From the NCBI GenBank assembly GCA_945872435.1, contig CAMBYP010000002.1, positions 1 through 58,754 on the forward strand: a DNA stretch of 58,754 nucleotides, given 5' to 3'. How positions within the stretch are numbered: the stretch's first letter is position 1; each line of letters starts with the position of its first letter. Source of the stretch: an uncultured Mycoplasmatota bacterium (GTDB lineage Bacteria > Bacillota_I > Bacilli_A > RF39 > UBA660). The translations under genes were made by a program, and so were the position numbers. Below the pieces are notes generated by a model. The model ran no database searches, had not been told where the DNA came from, and was given only the letters and a program-made list of their open reading frames with translations. This document shows positions 1-8,062 of the stretch, in pieces.

Positions 1-54
1 CCTATGACCCCCTGCTTGTAAGGCAGGTGCTCTAACCAACTGAGCTAATCGCCC
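1..54 (-). tRNA. tRNA-Val(UAC), 3' part cut by window edge
   Basis: Reverse complement reads GGGCGATTAGCTCAGTTGGTTAGAGCACCTGCCTTACAAGCAGGGGGTCATAGG: acceptor, D arm and anticodon arm with loop CTTACAA. Confidence 0.85.
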
Positions 55-123
55 GGTTTTATTGCTTCGGACATTACTAAGTATACTAGATAGTAAAAAG
101 TTTGTCAACAAAAAATATCAAAT

Positions 124-480
124 TTATTCTTTATTTTTTAATTTTTTTTCAATCCATAGAGGTAACATGGTTTCTAACGTGTGAAAACCATGGGAAGTTT
201 CTGTAATATGTCTTTTTCGAAAAGGTTTTGTTTTTTGTCTGTAATCAATATTTTTAATACTTAATTTACATTGACAAGTATCATCATCAACTTCTAAAAC
301 TTCAACAAAAATAGTTTCTCCAATTTGTAAAAAATCATTCACATCTTTTACAAATTGATATGAAATTTCGGAAATGTGAATTAAGCCACTATAATATTCT
401 TTTAATGAAATAAAAGCACCATAATTTTCAATTCCTGTAACTGTTCCTTTTACAATATCACCTTTTTTATATCTTCCCAT
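124..480 (-). CDS. S1-domain RNA-binding protein (GSP13/YabR-like)
   Basis: GDIVKGTVTGIENYGAFISL...GLIHISEIS...FVKDV is an S1 fold signature. Start moved to MGRYKKGD, behind RBS GGGAGGTGA. Confidence 0.8.
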   Translation of the reverse strand: MGRYKKGDIVKGTVTGIENYGAFISLKEYYSGLIHISEISYQFVKDVNDFLQIGETIFVEVLEVDDDTCQCKLSIKNIDYRQKTKPFRKRHITETSHGFHTLETMLPLWIEKKLKNKE

Positions 481-563
481 ACTGTCACCTCCCAAATATT
501 ATACCATAATAAGACAATATTTACTATTTTTGTCTTTTAGCGTATAATGAGTATGGTGATGAC

Positions 564-803
564 ATGGAAACAAATAAGGAAGAAACAAAAATTAAAGAAG
601 TAATTGATATGTTACGACCATTTCTAGTAAGTGATGGTGGAGATGTAGAATTTGTGAAATATGAGAATCATATTGTATATATTAAATTATCTGGAGCTTG
701 CGCAAATTGTATGCTAATTGATTATACATTAAAAGATGGAATTGAAGCAGCAATTAAAGAAGAAGTTCCAGAAGTTGAAGAAGTAGTTAATGTTGTAGAT
801 TAA
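564..803 (+). CDS. NifU-like Fe-S cluster assembly domain protein (YutI-like)
   Basis: 79 aa with GGDVEFV...LSGACANC, the NifU C-terminal CxxC motif. Confidence 0.8.
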   Translation: METNKEETKIKEVIDMLRPFLVSDGGDVEFVKYENHIVYIKLSGACANCMLIDYTLKDGIEAAIKEEVPEVEEVVNVVD

Positions 804-1700
804 CTACTTTTTTAACCAAAAAATTTCTGGAATTTGACAGTGATAAGAAATTGTTTCATAAATTTGTTTTAGAATAATTTCGTAATCTTTGTTTTTCAAG
901 ATAATTGGTAATAAATTTTTTTCATCCCAACCATGATCAATAATTTTTTCATAACAATCAAAATAATAACTAGGAAACAAAAATCTAGCAAATAATAATT
1001 GATAATCATTACATTGCAGATGAGAATAATTTAAAAAATATTGAATTTCATCCCGAATGTCATGATTATGAAAAAAACAATCTTTTAAATATTCTGCAAT
1101 GTCTCTAACTTTTGTATCCACAATAAAATTTAAAGGGTTATATAGATCATATAATGTAGAGTTAAAAAATAGACGACGATGTGATAAATATGGGATTGAT
1201 TTTTTCGCATCTTTCAAAATTGAAATAGCATTTTCTGATAAGCCAACATAATAACTGAAACTTTCTCTAATTATAGGATATTTTTTTCCAAATTCACTAA
1301 TTTGGTATTCTAAATAATCAATTTTTTTTGTCCATAATTGAAACCAGTCTAATTCTGAAACATGAGAAAGAGAAATATTTTTTGAAATTTCTTGAAAACG
1401 TAGGATATCATTAAAAATGATTAAAGAATTGTTTGTTAAATGAATTTGCATTAGTATATATGGTATTTGTTGTACCATTGTAATGAATTGATTATCTTTA
1501 TTTAAAATAAAAGTATGAACAGGTATATTTTGTTTGTAAAGTTGAATAGTTAGTGAATGTAGAAACAATAAATACTCTTGAGATAAATAACAAGGAATAA
1601 AAATATATTTTAATTGATTGATTTCAAATTCATATTGTTGATTGCGTTTGATAATAGAAGTAGGAGTTAAATGATAGTAATAAGAGATTGTATTTTTCAT
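804..1700 (-). CDS. CotS/YutH-like spore-coat kinase-fold protein (product tentative)
   Basis: Long ORF; start set at MKNTISYYYHL behind RBS GAGGTGA. Size, composition and position next to the nifU-like gene resemble B. subtilis yutH. Family not verified. Confidence 0.45.
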   Translation of the reverse strand: MKNTISYYYHLTPTSIIKRNQQYEFEINQLKYIFIPCYLSQEYLLFLHSLTIQLYKQNIPVHTFILNKDNQFITMVQQIPYILMQIHLTNNSLIIFNDILRFQEISKNISLSHVSELDWFQLWTKKIDYLEYQISEFGKKYPIIRESFSYYVGLSENAISILKDAKKSIPYLSHRRLFFNSTLYDLYNPLNFIVDTKVRDIAEYLKDCFFHNHDIRDEIQYFLNYSHLQCNDYQLLFARFLFPSYYFDCYEKIIDHGWDEKNLLPIILKNKDYEIILKQIYETISYHCQIPEIFWLKK

Positions 1701-1803
1701 CCTACTCACCTCACTAAACTTTATGAGATAAAAAAAGAAATATGTATTTTTGTTATAAAAGTCATAAAAAATATATATAATTATAAAAAAATGCAAAAAA
1801 TAC

Positions 1804-1832
1804 TTGCCAAGTTCTTTAAATTATTGTATACT
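1804..1832 (+). promoter_or_regulatory. sigma-A-like promoter of tRNA-Leu
   Basis: TTGCCA, 17 nt spacer, TATACT; ends about 20 nt upstream of the tRNA 5' end. Confidence 0.55.
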
Positions 1833-1853
1833 TGTAAGTGTTCAGAAAGAAAT

Positions 1854-1942
1854 GCCTGAGTGGCGGAATAGGTAGACGCACAGGACTTAAAATCCTGCGA
1901 GGGTTAAACCTCATGCCGGTTCAAGTCCGGCCTTAGGCACCA
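1854..1942 (+). tRNA. tRNA-Leu(UAA), CCA encoded
   Basis: GCCTGAGTGGCGGAA...GGACTTAAAATCC (anticodon TAA), long variable arm, GGTTCAAGTCC T arm, ends GGCACCA. Confidence 0.9.
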
Positions 1943-1952
1943 TCTGTAATTT

Positions 1953-1975
1953 ACCGTTTGAAAAAACGGTTTTTT
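1953..1975 (+). terminator. Rho-independent terminator
   Basis: ACCGTTT-gaaa-AAACGGT followed by TTTTT. Confidence 0.8.
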
Positions 1976-2015
1976 CATAAATAAATGAAATTTCTAATGA
2001 AATCAACAAAATTAG

Positions 2016-2045
2016 TTGACATAAGAAAAAAGTTTATGATATAAT
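2016..2045 (+). promoter_or_regulatory. sigma-A promoter of the Ser-fMet-Asp-Phe tRNA operon
   Basis: TTGACA, 18 nt spacer, TGaTATAAT (extended -10). Confidence 0.7.
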
Positions 2046-2078
2046 TCATTTGTTGTCGCAGATAACATATCTATGTAC

Positions 2079-2169
2079 GGAGAAATACCCAAGTCTGGTT
2101 GAAGGGACCGGTCTTGAAAACCGGGAGGTCGGAAACGGCGCGGGGGTTCGAATCCCTCTTTCTCCGCCA
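2079..2169 (+). tRNA. tRNA-Ser(UGA)
   Basis: GGAGAAATACCCAAGTCTGG..., anticodon loop CTTGAAA, long variable arm, GGTTCGAATCC, ends CTCCGCCA. Confidence 0.9.
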
Positions 2170-2177
2170 TATAATAT

Positions 2178-2254
<77 letters not shown>

Positions 2255-2257
2255 AAT

Positions 2258-2333
2258 GGTCCCGTGGTGTAGCGGTTATCACGTCTGCCTGTCACGCAGA
2301 AGATCGCGAGTTCGATTCTCGTCGGGACCGCCA
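2258..2333 (+). tRNA. tRNA-Asp(GUC)
   Basis: GGTCCCGTGGTGTAGCGGTT..., anticodon loop CTGTCAC, GAGTTCGATTCTC, ends GGACCGCCA. Confidence 0.9.
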
Positions 2334-2336
2334 TTT

Positions 2337-2412
2337 GGCTCTGTAGCTCAGTCGGTAGAGCAAGGGACTGAAAATCCCTGTGTCGATGGTTCGATTCCAT
2401 TCGGAGCCACCA
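2337..2412 (+). tRNA. tRNA-Phe(GAA)
   Basis: GGCTCTGTAGCTCAGTCGGTAGAGC..., anticodon loop CTGAAAA, GGTTCGATTCC, ends GAGCCACCA. Confidence 0.9.
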
Positions 2413-2421
2413 TGATGAAAC

Positions 2422-2445
2422 AAAAGCTGGTATATCCGGCTTTTA
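2422..2445 (+). terminator. Rho-independent terminator of the tRNA operon
   Basis: AGCTGG-tatat-CCGGCT (one G-U pair) followed by a T run. Confidence 0.65.
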
Positions 2446-2497
2446 TTCTACCAAGAGCTTTTAAATAAAAACATACAATTTTCATTGTATGGTTTTT

Positions 2498-3172
2498 TTA
2501 TAATTTTATTTTTTTTATGAATTGATTTATTTTTTTTGAAATGATTGGATATGCAGTTAATAAACGTTTATGAATATGTTGATGTTTATTAATTTTGTCT
2601 TTTAATATTTCGCGGATATCTTCTGTTTTATCTTTAGCTTTTGAACTTGAAATTAATGTTCTAAAATGTATTAATACTTGAAAAGACAAAATAATATCAA
2701 TTGTAAATAATATGATAAGCAATATGCAAATGATAAAGAGAGTTGAACAAGATAGTTGAGACAATTCATATATGAAAAAAGGATTGGTTACAAAATGAAT
2801 AAAAAAACCGAGTAATCCAAATGGAATCATTGTTTTTAAACAAATTCGTCCATTAATATGAAACATTTCATCACTATAATCCCACCATCTAGCATGAAAT
2901 ACTTTTTCTAACACATAACTAGTAACATATTCTAATAAAGAACAAATAAAAATACATGAAATAAAAACAAATAAATAATTTTTAACAGGAACAAAGTATA
3001 GGAAGAATGAAATAAATAAGGCACCAAAACCATAGATAGGACAGTAAGGACCAATAAAGAATCCACGGTTAATTATTTTTTTAGTACTTAAATAATGACC
3101 AATGATGTCTACTACCCATCCTAAGAAAGAATATATCATAAATAATAAAAATAATATTTCTAAATTTTTCAT
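2498..3172 (-). CDS. polytopic membrane protein, CmpB / putative ABC-transporter type IV family (paralog 1)
   Basis: FLGWVVD...NRGFFIGPYCPIYGFG...LEYVTSYVLEKVFHARWWDYS...NGRICL...IPFG; shares these blocks with the ORF at 36511..37197. Confidence 0.7.
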   Translation of the reverse strand: MKNLEILFLLFMIYSFLGWVVDIIGHYLSTKKIINRGFFIGPYCPIYGFGALFISFFLYFVPVKNYLFVFISCIFICSLLEYVTSYVLEKVFHARWWDYSDEMFHINGRICLKTMIPFGLLGFFIHFVTNPFFIYELSQLSCSTLFIICILLIILFTIDIILSFQVLIHFRTLISSSKAKDKTEDIREILKDKINKHQHIHKRLLTAYPIISKKINQFIKKIKL

Positions 3173-3319
3173 ACTCCCCCCACGATTCTACTTAAAAATA
3201 TTATATCAAATATTTTTCTAACTTTTACATTATATTTTATTAAATAATATTTGTCAAAATGTTTGAAATTGTATATAATGGAATAGAAAATTAAAATTGG
3301 GAAAGGAGTAAGTTTTAAT

Positions 3320-3456
3320 TAGCGCCAGGACCTAAATGGTTGACGAGGAATAGTAGTATCGAAAGATTCGGCGGATTCTACTACGGTTTGTGGTGATCGA
3401 TACATATATGACAAAAAATAAAATCAAGATTATAACAAAACATATATGGACCACGA
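3320..3456 (+). ncRNA. glmS ribozyme (GlcN6P-dependent self-cleaving riboswitch)
   Basis: AGCGCCAGGAC...GGTTGACGAGGA...ATCGAAAGATTCGGCGGAT matches the conserved glmS core. The peripheral GTGGT/ACCAC and CATATATG stems lie directly upstream of glmS. Confidence 0.9.
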
Positions 3457-3468
3457 AAGGAAGGTTAT

Positions 3469-5262
3469 ATGTGCGGTATAGTAGGATACATTGGTCAAAA
3501 AGAAAAAACGATGAATGTATTATTAAACGGTTTAGAACGATTAGAATATCGTGGATATGACTCAACTGGAATTGCATATTTTCATAAAAATAATGTAGAA
3601 ATTTTGAAAAAAACGGGAAAATTAAATCAATTAAAAAATGTTGTGAATAAAAATATACAATCGGAAATTGGAATAGGCCACACTAGATGGGCAACACATG
3701 GAAAACCAAGTGAACTAAATGCTCATCCTCATTGTTGTGGAAAAATTACAGCGGTACATAATGGAATTATTGAAAATATGAATTCATTAAAGAAAAAATT
3801 GCAAGACGAGGGAATTTCTTTTATATCTGATACAGATACAGAAGTACTGGTTGCGTTATTAAATTATGAATATGAGCATACTAATCACATGGTTACAGCT
3901 ATGGAAAGAACAATGAGTCAAATTATTGGATCATATGCTGTTGTATTTATAAATGAAGATGATAAAGATTGCCTATATGTGATGAAAAAAGATTCGCCTT
4001 TACTTTTGGGTATCGGAAATCAAGAAACTTATATAGCAAGTGATATGAGTGCTTTTTGTGAATTTACAAATCAATATTGTATTTTAGATGATGAAGAGTA
4101 TGGCGTAGTTGAAAAAAATCATTATCATATATATAAAGATGGAAAAGAAATAAAAAAAGATATTGAAAAGATAGAAGGATTAAGTTGTTTGTCGAATAAA
4201 GAAGCGTATGATTGCTACATGCATAAAGAAATTTATGATATTCCAAAAATTTTGAAAGAATTATTTACATTTTATGAAGATGAACATAGTCATTTAATTC
4301 CAGATTATAAAAAATATCATAAAATTCAAATTGTTGCTTGTGGTAGTGCTTATCATGCTGGAATGATAGGCAAATGTTTATTTGAACAATTTGCTAATTT
4401 TCCTGTCGAAGTCGAATATGCTAGTGAATATCGATATAAAACCATATTTGCAGATGAAAATACGTTAGTTATTTTTGTATCACAATCGGGTGAAACTGCC
4501 GATACAATTGCATGTGCTAAAAAAATAAAAAGTATGGGAGTTGACAGTTTAGCAATTGTCAATGTTTACAATTCTACTTTATCTAGGTTGACAAATTATG
4601 TATATTATATGAAAGCTGGAGAAGAAAGAGCAGTAGCAACTACGAAAGGATATAGTAGTCAAGTAGCTATTTTTGTTATTTTATTAAGAGAATGGATGAA
4701 ACAACAAAAAACATGGTCAAAAGAATTAGAAGCAATGTATCAAGATGGAAAAGAAAAATTATTAAAAGTGATTACGCCTTGTTTAAAACAGTATGAACAT
4801 TTTTCGTGGATTTCCAATTTAATTAATCAACCATCAAATTTTTTTATTGGGCGAAGAAGTGATTATGCATTGTCCATGGAAGCTTCTTTAAAACTGAAAG
4901 AAGTATCTTATTTAAATAGTAGTGCATATGCAGCTGGTGAATTAAAACATGGTACGATTTCTTTGATTGAAGAAAAGACTCCTGTGTTTGCTATTGCAAC
5001 TGATGAATATACATATAGTAAAACCAAAAGCAATTTAATGGAAGTAAAAGCGAGAGGTGGATATGTCATTCTTGCAACATTAGATACTTTAGATGATTCT
5101 ATTGATGTAGATGAAAAAATAATAATTCCTGATGTTAATCCATTATTTCAATCCATTATGACAATACTTCCATTTCAATTGTTAAGTTATCATGTTGCAA
5201 AAAAGTTAAAATTAGATATTGATCATCCCCGTAATCTTGCAAAATCAGTTACAGTTGAGTAA
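3469..5262 (+). CDS. glmS: glutamine--fructose-6-phosphate aminotransferase
   Basis: MCGIVGYIG N-terminus (Ntn Cys), SIS-domain region, 597 aa, C-terminal KSVTVE. Confidence 0.97.
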   Translation: MCGIVGYIGQKEKTMNVLLNGLERLEYRGYDSTGIAYFHKNNVEILKKTGKLNQLKNVVNKNIQSEIGIGHTRWATHGKPSELNAHPHCCGKITAVHNGIIENMNSLKKKLQDEGISFISDTDTEVLVALLNYEYEHTNHMVTAMERTMSQIIGSYAVVFINEDDKDCLYVMKKDSPLLLGIGNQETYIASDMSAFCEFTNQYCILDDEEYGVVEKNHYHIYKDGKEIKKDIEKIEGLSCLSNKEAYDCYMHKEIYDIPKILKELFTFYEDEHSHLIPDYKKYHKIQIVACGSAYHAGMIGKCLFEQFANFPVEVEYASEYRYKTIFADENTLVIFVSQSGETADTIACAKKIKSMGVDSLAIVNVYNSTLSRLTNYVYYMKAGEERAVATTKGYSSQVAIFVILLREWMKQQKTWSKELEAMYQDGKEKLLKVITPCLKQYEHFSWISNLINQPSNFFIGRRSDYALSMEASLKLKEVSYLNSSAYAAGELKHGTISLIEEKTPVFAIATDEYTYSKTKSNLMEVKARGGYVILATLDTLDDSIDVDEKIIIPDVNPLFQSIMTILPFQLLSYHVAKKLKLDIDHPRNLAKSVTVE

Positions 5263-5278
5263 AAAAATGTAAAACAGA

Positions 5279-5311
5279 AAAAATTAAGAATGAAAATTTC
5301 TTAATTTTTTT
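5279..5311 (+). terminator. Rho-independent terminator after glmS
   Basis: TTAAGAA...TTCTTAA stem flanked by an A run and a T run. Confidence 0.75.
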
Positions 5312-5317
5312 AATATG

Positions 5318-5359
5318 TGTTATAATAAAACTAGGAAAATAGGTAGAATAGGTTCTACC
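5318..5359 (+). promoter_or_regulatory. extended -10 promoter plus perfect 7-bp leader hairpin upstream of the FIST gene
   Basis: TGtTATAAT at 5318-5326; GGTAGAA-tagg-TTCTACC at 5342-5359. Confidence 0.4.
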
Positions 5360-5384
5360 ATATCCAAGAAAGAAGGGAGCTAAT

Positions 5385-6551
5385 ATGCTAAAGACAAAAG
5401 TTGGTTATAGTGTTTTAAAAGACGCATTTGCTTCAGGTGAAGCAACAGCCAAAATGGCTAGTGAAGGAATGAATCCAAAATTAGGACTTTTATTTACTTC
5501 AGTATTACAAGATCAAGAAGAAATCATGAAAGGAATCAAAAGTGTAGCTGATGTTCCTGTAGTAGGATGTACAAGTAGCGGAGCTATTATGGTACCAGAT
5601 GGAGTTATTTCATCTGAAAATGGTTTTTCAGGAATGATGATGTTTGATGACCCTGACTTGACTGTTGGAGTTGCTTGTCATGAAGCTGGACAAGATGCAA
5701 GAAAAATTGGACGTCAAGTAGCTGTAGAAGCAGTTAAAAATGCTGGTAGTACAAAAGTTCCATCATATTTTTATATGGTTGCAAGTCCAAAAGAAGAAGA
5801 AGATTATTTAAAAGGAATTCAAGATGTAATTGGACGTGTTCCATTTTTTGGAGGAAGTGCTGCTGATGATACAGTAGAAGGAAAATGGTCAATTTTCTGT
5901 AATGATACTGTATTTAGTGATGGTGTAGCAGTTGTATTCTTCTATACAGATAAAAAATTTGTAAATGAATATACTGGAGCATACCGTGAAACAGGAAAAT
6001 ATGGTATTATCAATCAAATTGAAGGCAAAAGAACAATTGCTGAAATTGATGGCGTTAGTGCATTAGAAAAATATATGGATTGGACAGGAAAGAAAGAAGA
6101 AGAAGTAGCAGGAGCTAATTTACTTGCTGCATCTATTTTAAACCCTATCGGAATTAAAGATCCAATTGGTAATGTGACTTTAATTCGTCATCCAATGTCT
6201 GCTACTGATGATTATAAAATTAATGTAGGAAATCATTTAGCTGTTGGTACTTGTGCTATGTTAATGGGTGCTACTGTAGATGAATTAATTGATTCAACAG
6301 GTAATACATTAAAAGCTGTTAATGAAAGTTTAGGTCGTAAAAAACCTGCTGGATATTTCTTAGTACATTGTGGTGGTAGAAAACTAGGAATTGGAGATCG
6401 TATTGATGAAGTACATAAACAATTAGTACGTGAAGCAAATGGAGTACCATTTATTACTATTTTCACTTTTGGTGAATATGGAAGTCATGAACATAGTTCA
6501 AATAGCTGTGGAGGTTTAATGTTATCATTCACAGGTATGAGTGAAGAATAA
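5385..6551 (+). CDS. stand-alone FIST (FIST_N+FIST_C) domain protein
   Basis: 388 aa with the layout and motifs typical of FIST proteins (VVGCTSSGAIM; C-terminal ITIFTFGEYG). No TM segment and no output domain. RBS AAGGGAG. Confidence 0.7.
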   Translation: MLKTKVGYSVLKDAFASGEATAKMASEGMNPKLGLLFTSVLQDQEEIMKGIKSVADVPVVGCTSSGAIMVPDGVISSENGFSGMMMFDDPDLTVGVACHEAGQDARKIGRQVAVEAVKNAGSTKVPSYFYMVASPKEEEDYLKGIQDVIGRVPFFGGSAADDTVEGKWSIFCNDTVFSDGVAVVFFYTDKKFVNEYTGAYRETGKYGIINQIEGKRTIAEIDGVSALEKYMDWTGKKEEEVAGANLLAASILNPIGIKDPIGNVTLIRHPMSATDDYKINVGNHLAVGTCAMLMGATVDELIDSTGNTLKAVNESLGRKKPAGYFLVHCGGRKLGIGDRIDEVHKQLVREANGVPFITIFTFGEYGSHEHSSNSCGGLMLSFTGMSEE

Positions 6552-6563
6552 AAGGAGGAATCT

Positions 6564-8000
6564 ATGAAAAATTTAGTTGCTGGAGAATTTAAAGATGCTA
6601 GTAATGGTGCAGTGATTGAAGTATATAATCCTGCTACAAATGAACTTTTAGATACAGTTCCAAATGCAACTGCAGAAGATGTAGATGCATGTGTTAAAAA
6701 AGCAATGGAAGCACAAAAAGCTTGGGCTAAAACCCCAATTCATGAGCGTGGAAGAATTATTGAAAAATTCGCAGATTTAGTAGAAGAAAATGCTGAAGAT
6801 TTGGCAGTATTGCTTTGTAAAGAAACAGGTAAACCAATTCGTGAAGCACGTGCTGAAATTGGAAATACGAAAATTTTTGCCTATGGATATGTAGAAAAAG
6901 CAAAGCATATGTATGGTAATGTAATACCTGCTGGAACAGAAATAGGACAAGAAAAAACAATTCAAATTATACAACAAGAACCATTAGGTGTTGTTGCATG
7001 TATTATTCCATTTAATTTCCCATGTGATTTATTTGGACAAAAAGTTCCATCAGCACTTGTTATGGGAAATGCTGTTATTGTGAAACCATCAAGTACCAAT
7101 CCATTAACATTACATAAATATTGTGAATTATTAAAAATCGCAGGAGTACCAGATGGAGTAATTAATATTTTATCTGGTAGTGGTGAAGTTTGTGGAAATG
7201 CACTTTCTGCTCATCCTGGAATTCATTTAATTAGTTTAACTGGAAGTACAAAAGTTGGTATGGAAACAATGAAAACAGCAAGTCAAAATTTATCTCATGT
7301 TATGCTTGAATTAGGAGGAAATGATGCTTTCTTATTCTTAGAAGATGGAGATATGGACAAAGCAATTGAAGAAACAGTATGGGGTAGACTTTATAATACT
7401 GGACAAGTATGTTGCGCTAGTAAACGTTTCTTAATTCATAATAGTAGAAAACAAGAATTTATTGATAAAATGAAAGCAAAAATTGCTACTATGAAAGTTG
7501 GTAATCCATTAGACCCAGATACAGAAATTGGATGTCTTATTAGCGAAAAAGCTGCTATTGGAGTAGAAAATCAAGTAAATGAAACGATTGCTGCTGGAGC
7601 TACTTTAGTATGTGGTGGACGTCGTAATGGTGCATTCTATGAACCAACAATTCTTGACAATGTAACAAAAGATATGGAAGTAGCAAAAGATATGGAAATT
7701 TTTGGACCTGTTATTCCAGTAATTGGATTTGATACATTAGAAGAAGCAATTGAAATTGCAAATCAATCAAATTATGGTCTATGTGGATGTGTATTTACAG
7801 AAGATATGAAAAAAGCATTTAAAGTATGTAATGCGCTAGAATGTGGTGGAGCAGTAATCAATGGTGCAAGTTTCTATCGTGCTGCAGAAATGCCATTTGG
7901 TGGATGGAAACATAGTGGAATTGGTAATGAAGGAATTTCTACTACATTAAAGGAAATGTCAAGAACAAAAACTATTGTTTTAAAAAATATTTTAGATTAA
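6564..8000 (+). CDS. NAD(P)-dependent aldehyde dehydrogenase
   Basis: ELGGND and GQVCCASKR (catalytic Cys) motifs, FNFP, GSTKVG; 478 aa. Starts 12 nt after the FIST stop, behind RBS AGGAGG. Confidence 0.92.
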   Translation: MKNLVAGEFKDASNGAVIEVYNPATNELLDTVPNATAEDVDACVKKAMEAQKAWAKTPIHERGRIIEKFADLVEENAEDLAVLLCKETGKPIREARAEIGNTKIFAYGYVEKAKHMYGNVIPAGTEIGQEKTIQIIQQEPLGVVACIIPFNFPCDLFGQKVPSALVMGNAVIVKPSSTNPLTLHKYCELLKIAGVPDGVINILSGSGEVCGNALSAHPGIHLISLTGSTKVGMETMKTASQNLSHVMLELGGNDAFLFLEDGDMDKAIEETVWGRLYNTGQVCCASKRFLIHNSRKQEFIDKMKAKIATMKVGNPLDPDTEIGCLISEKAAIGVENQVNETIAAGATLVCGGRRNGAFYEPTILDNVTKDMEVAKDMEIFGPVIPVIGFDTLEEAIEIANQSNYGLCGCVFTEDMKKAFKVCNALECGGAVINGASFYRAAEMPFGGWKHSGIGNEGISTTLKEMSRTKTIVLKNILD

Positions 8001-8025
8001 AGATGTACCTGTACATCTTTTTTTT
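8001..8025 (+). terminator. Rho-independent terminator
   Basis: AGATGTAC/GTACATCT palindrome followed by T7. Confidence 0.8.
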
Positions 8026-8062
8026 ATAAAAGTAAATATGGTATAATATATAAGGTGATAAT

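Noticed and set aside
1671-1859. 62-aa ORF on the + strand
   Set aside because: It overlaps the 5' end and RBS of the minus-strand yutH-like gene and the tRNA-Leu promoter, running into the tRNA itself. It has no RBS.
3332-3577. 81-aa minus-strand ORF
   Set aside because: It overlaps the glmS ribozyme and the glmS start. The region is explained by the conserved ribozyme core.
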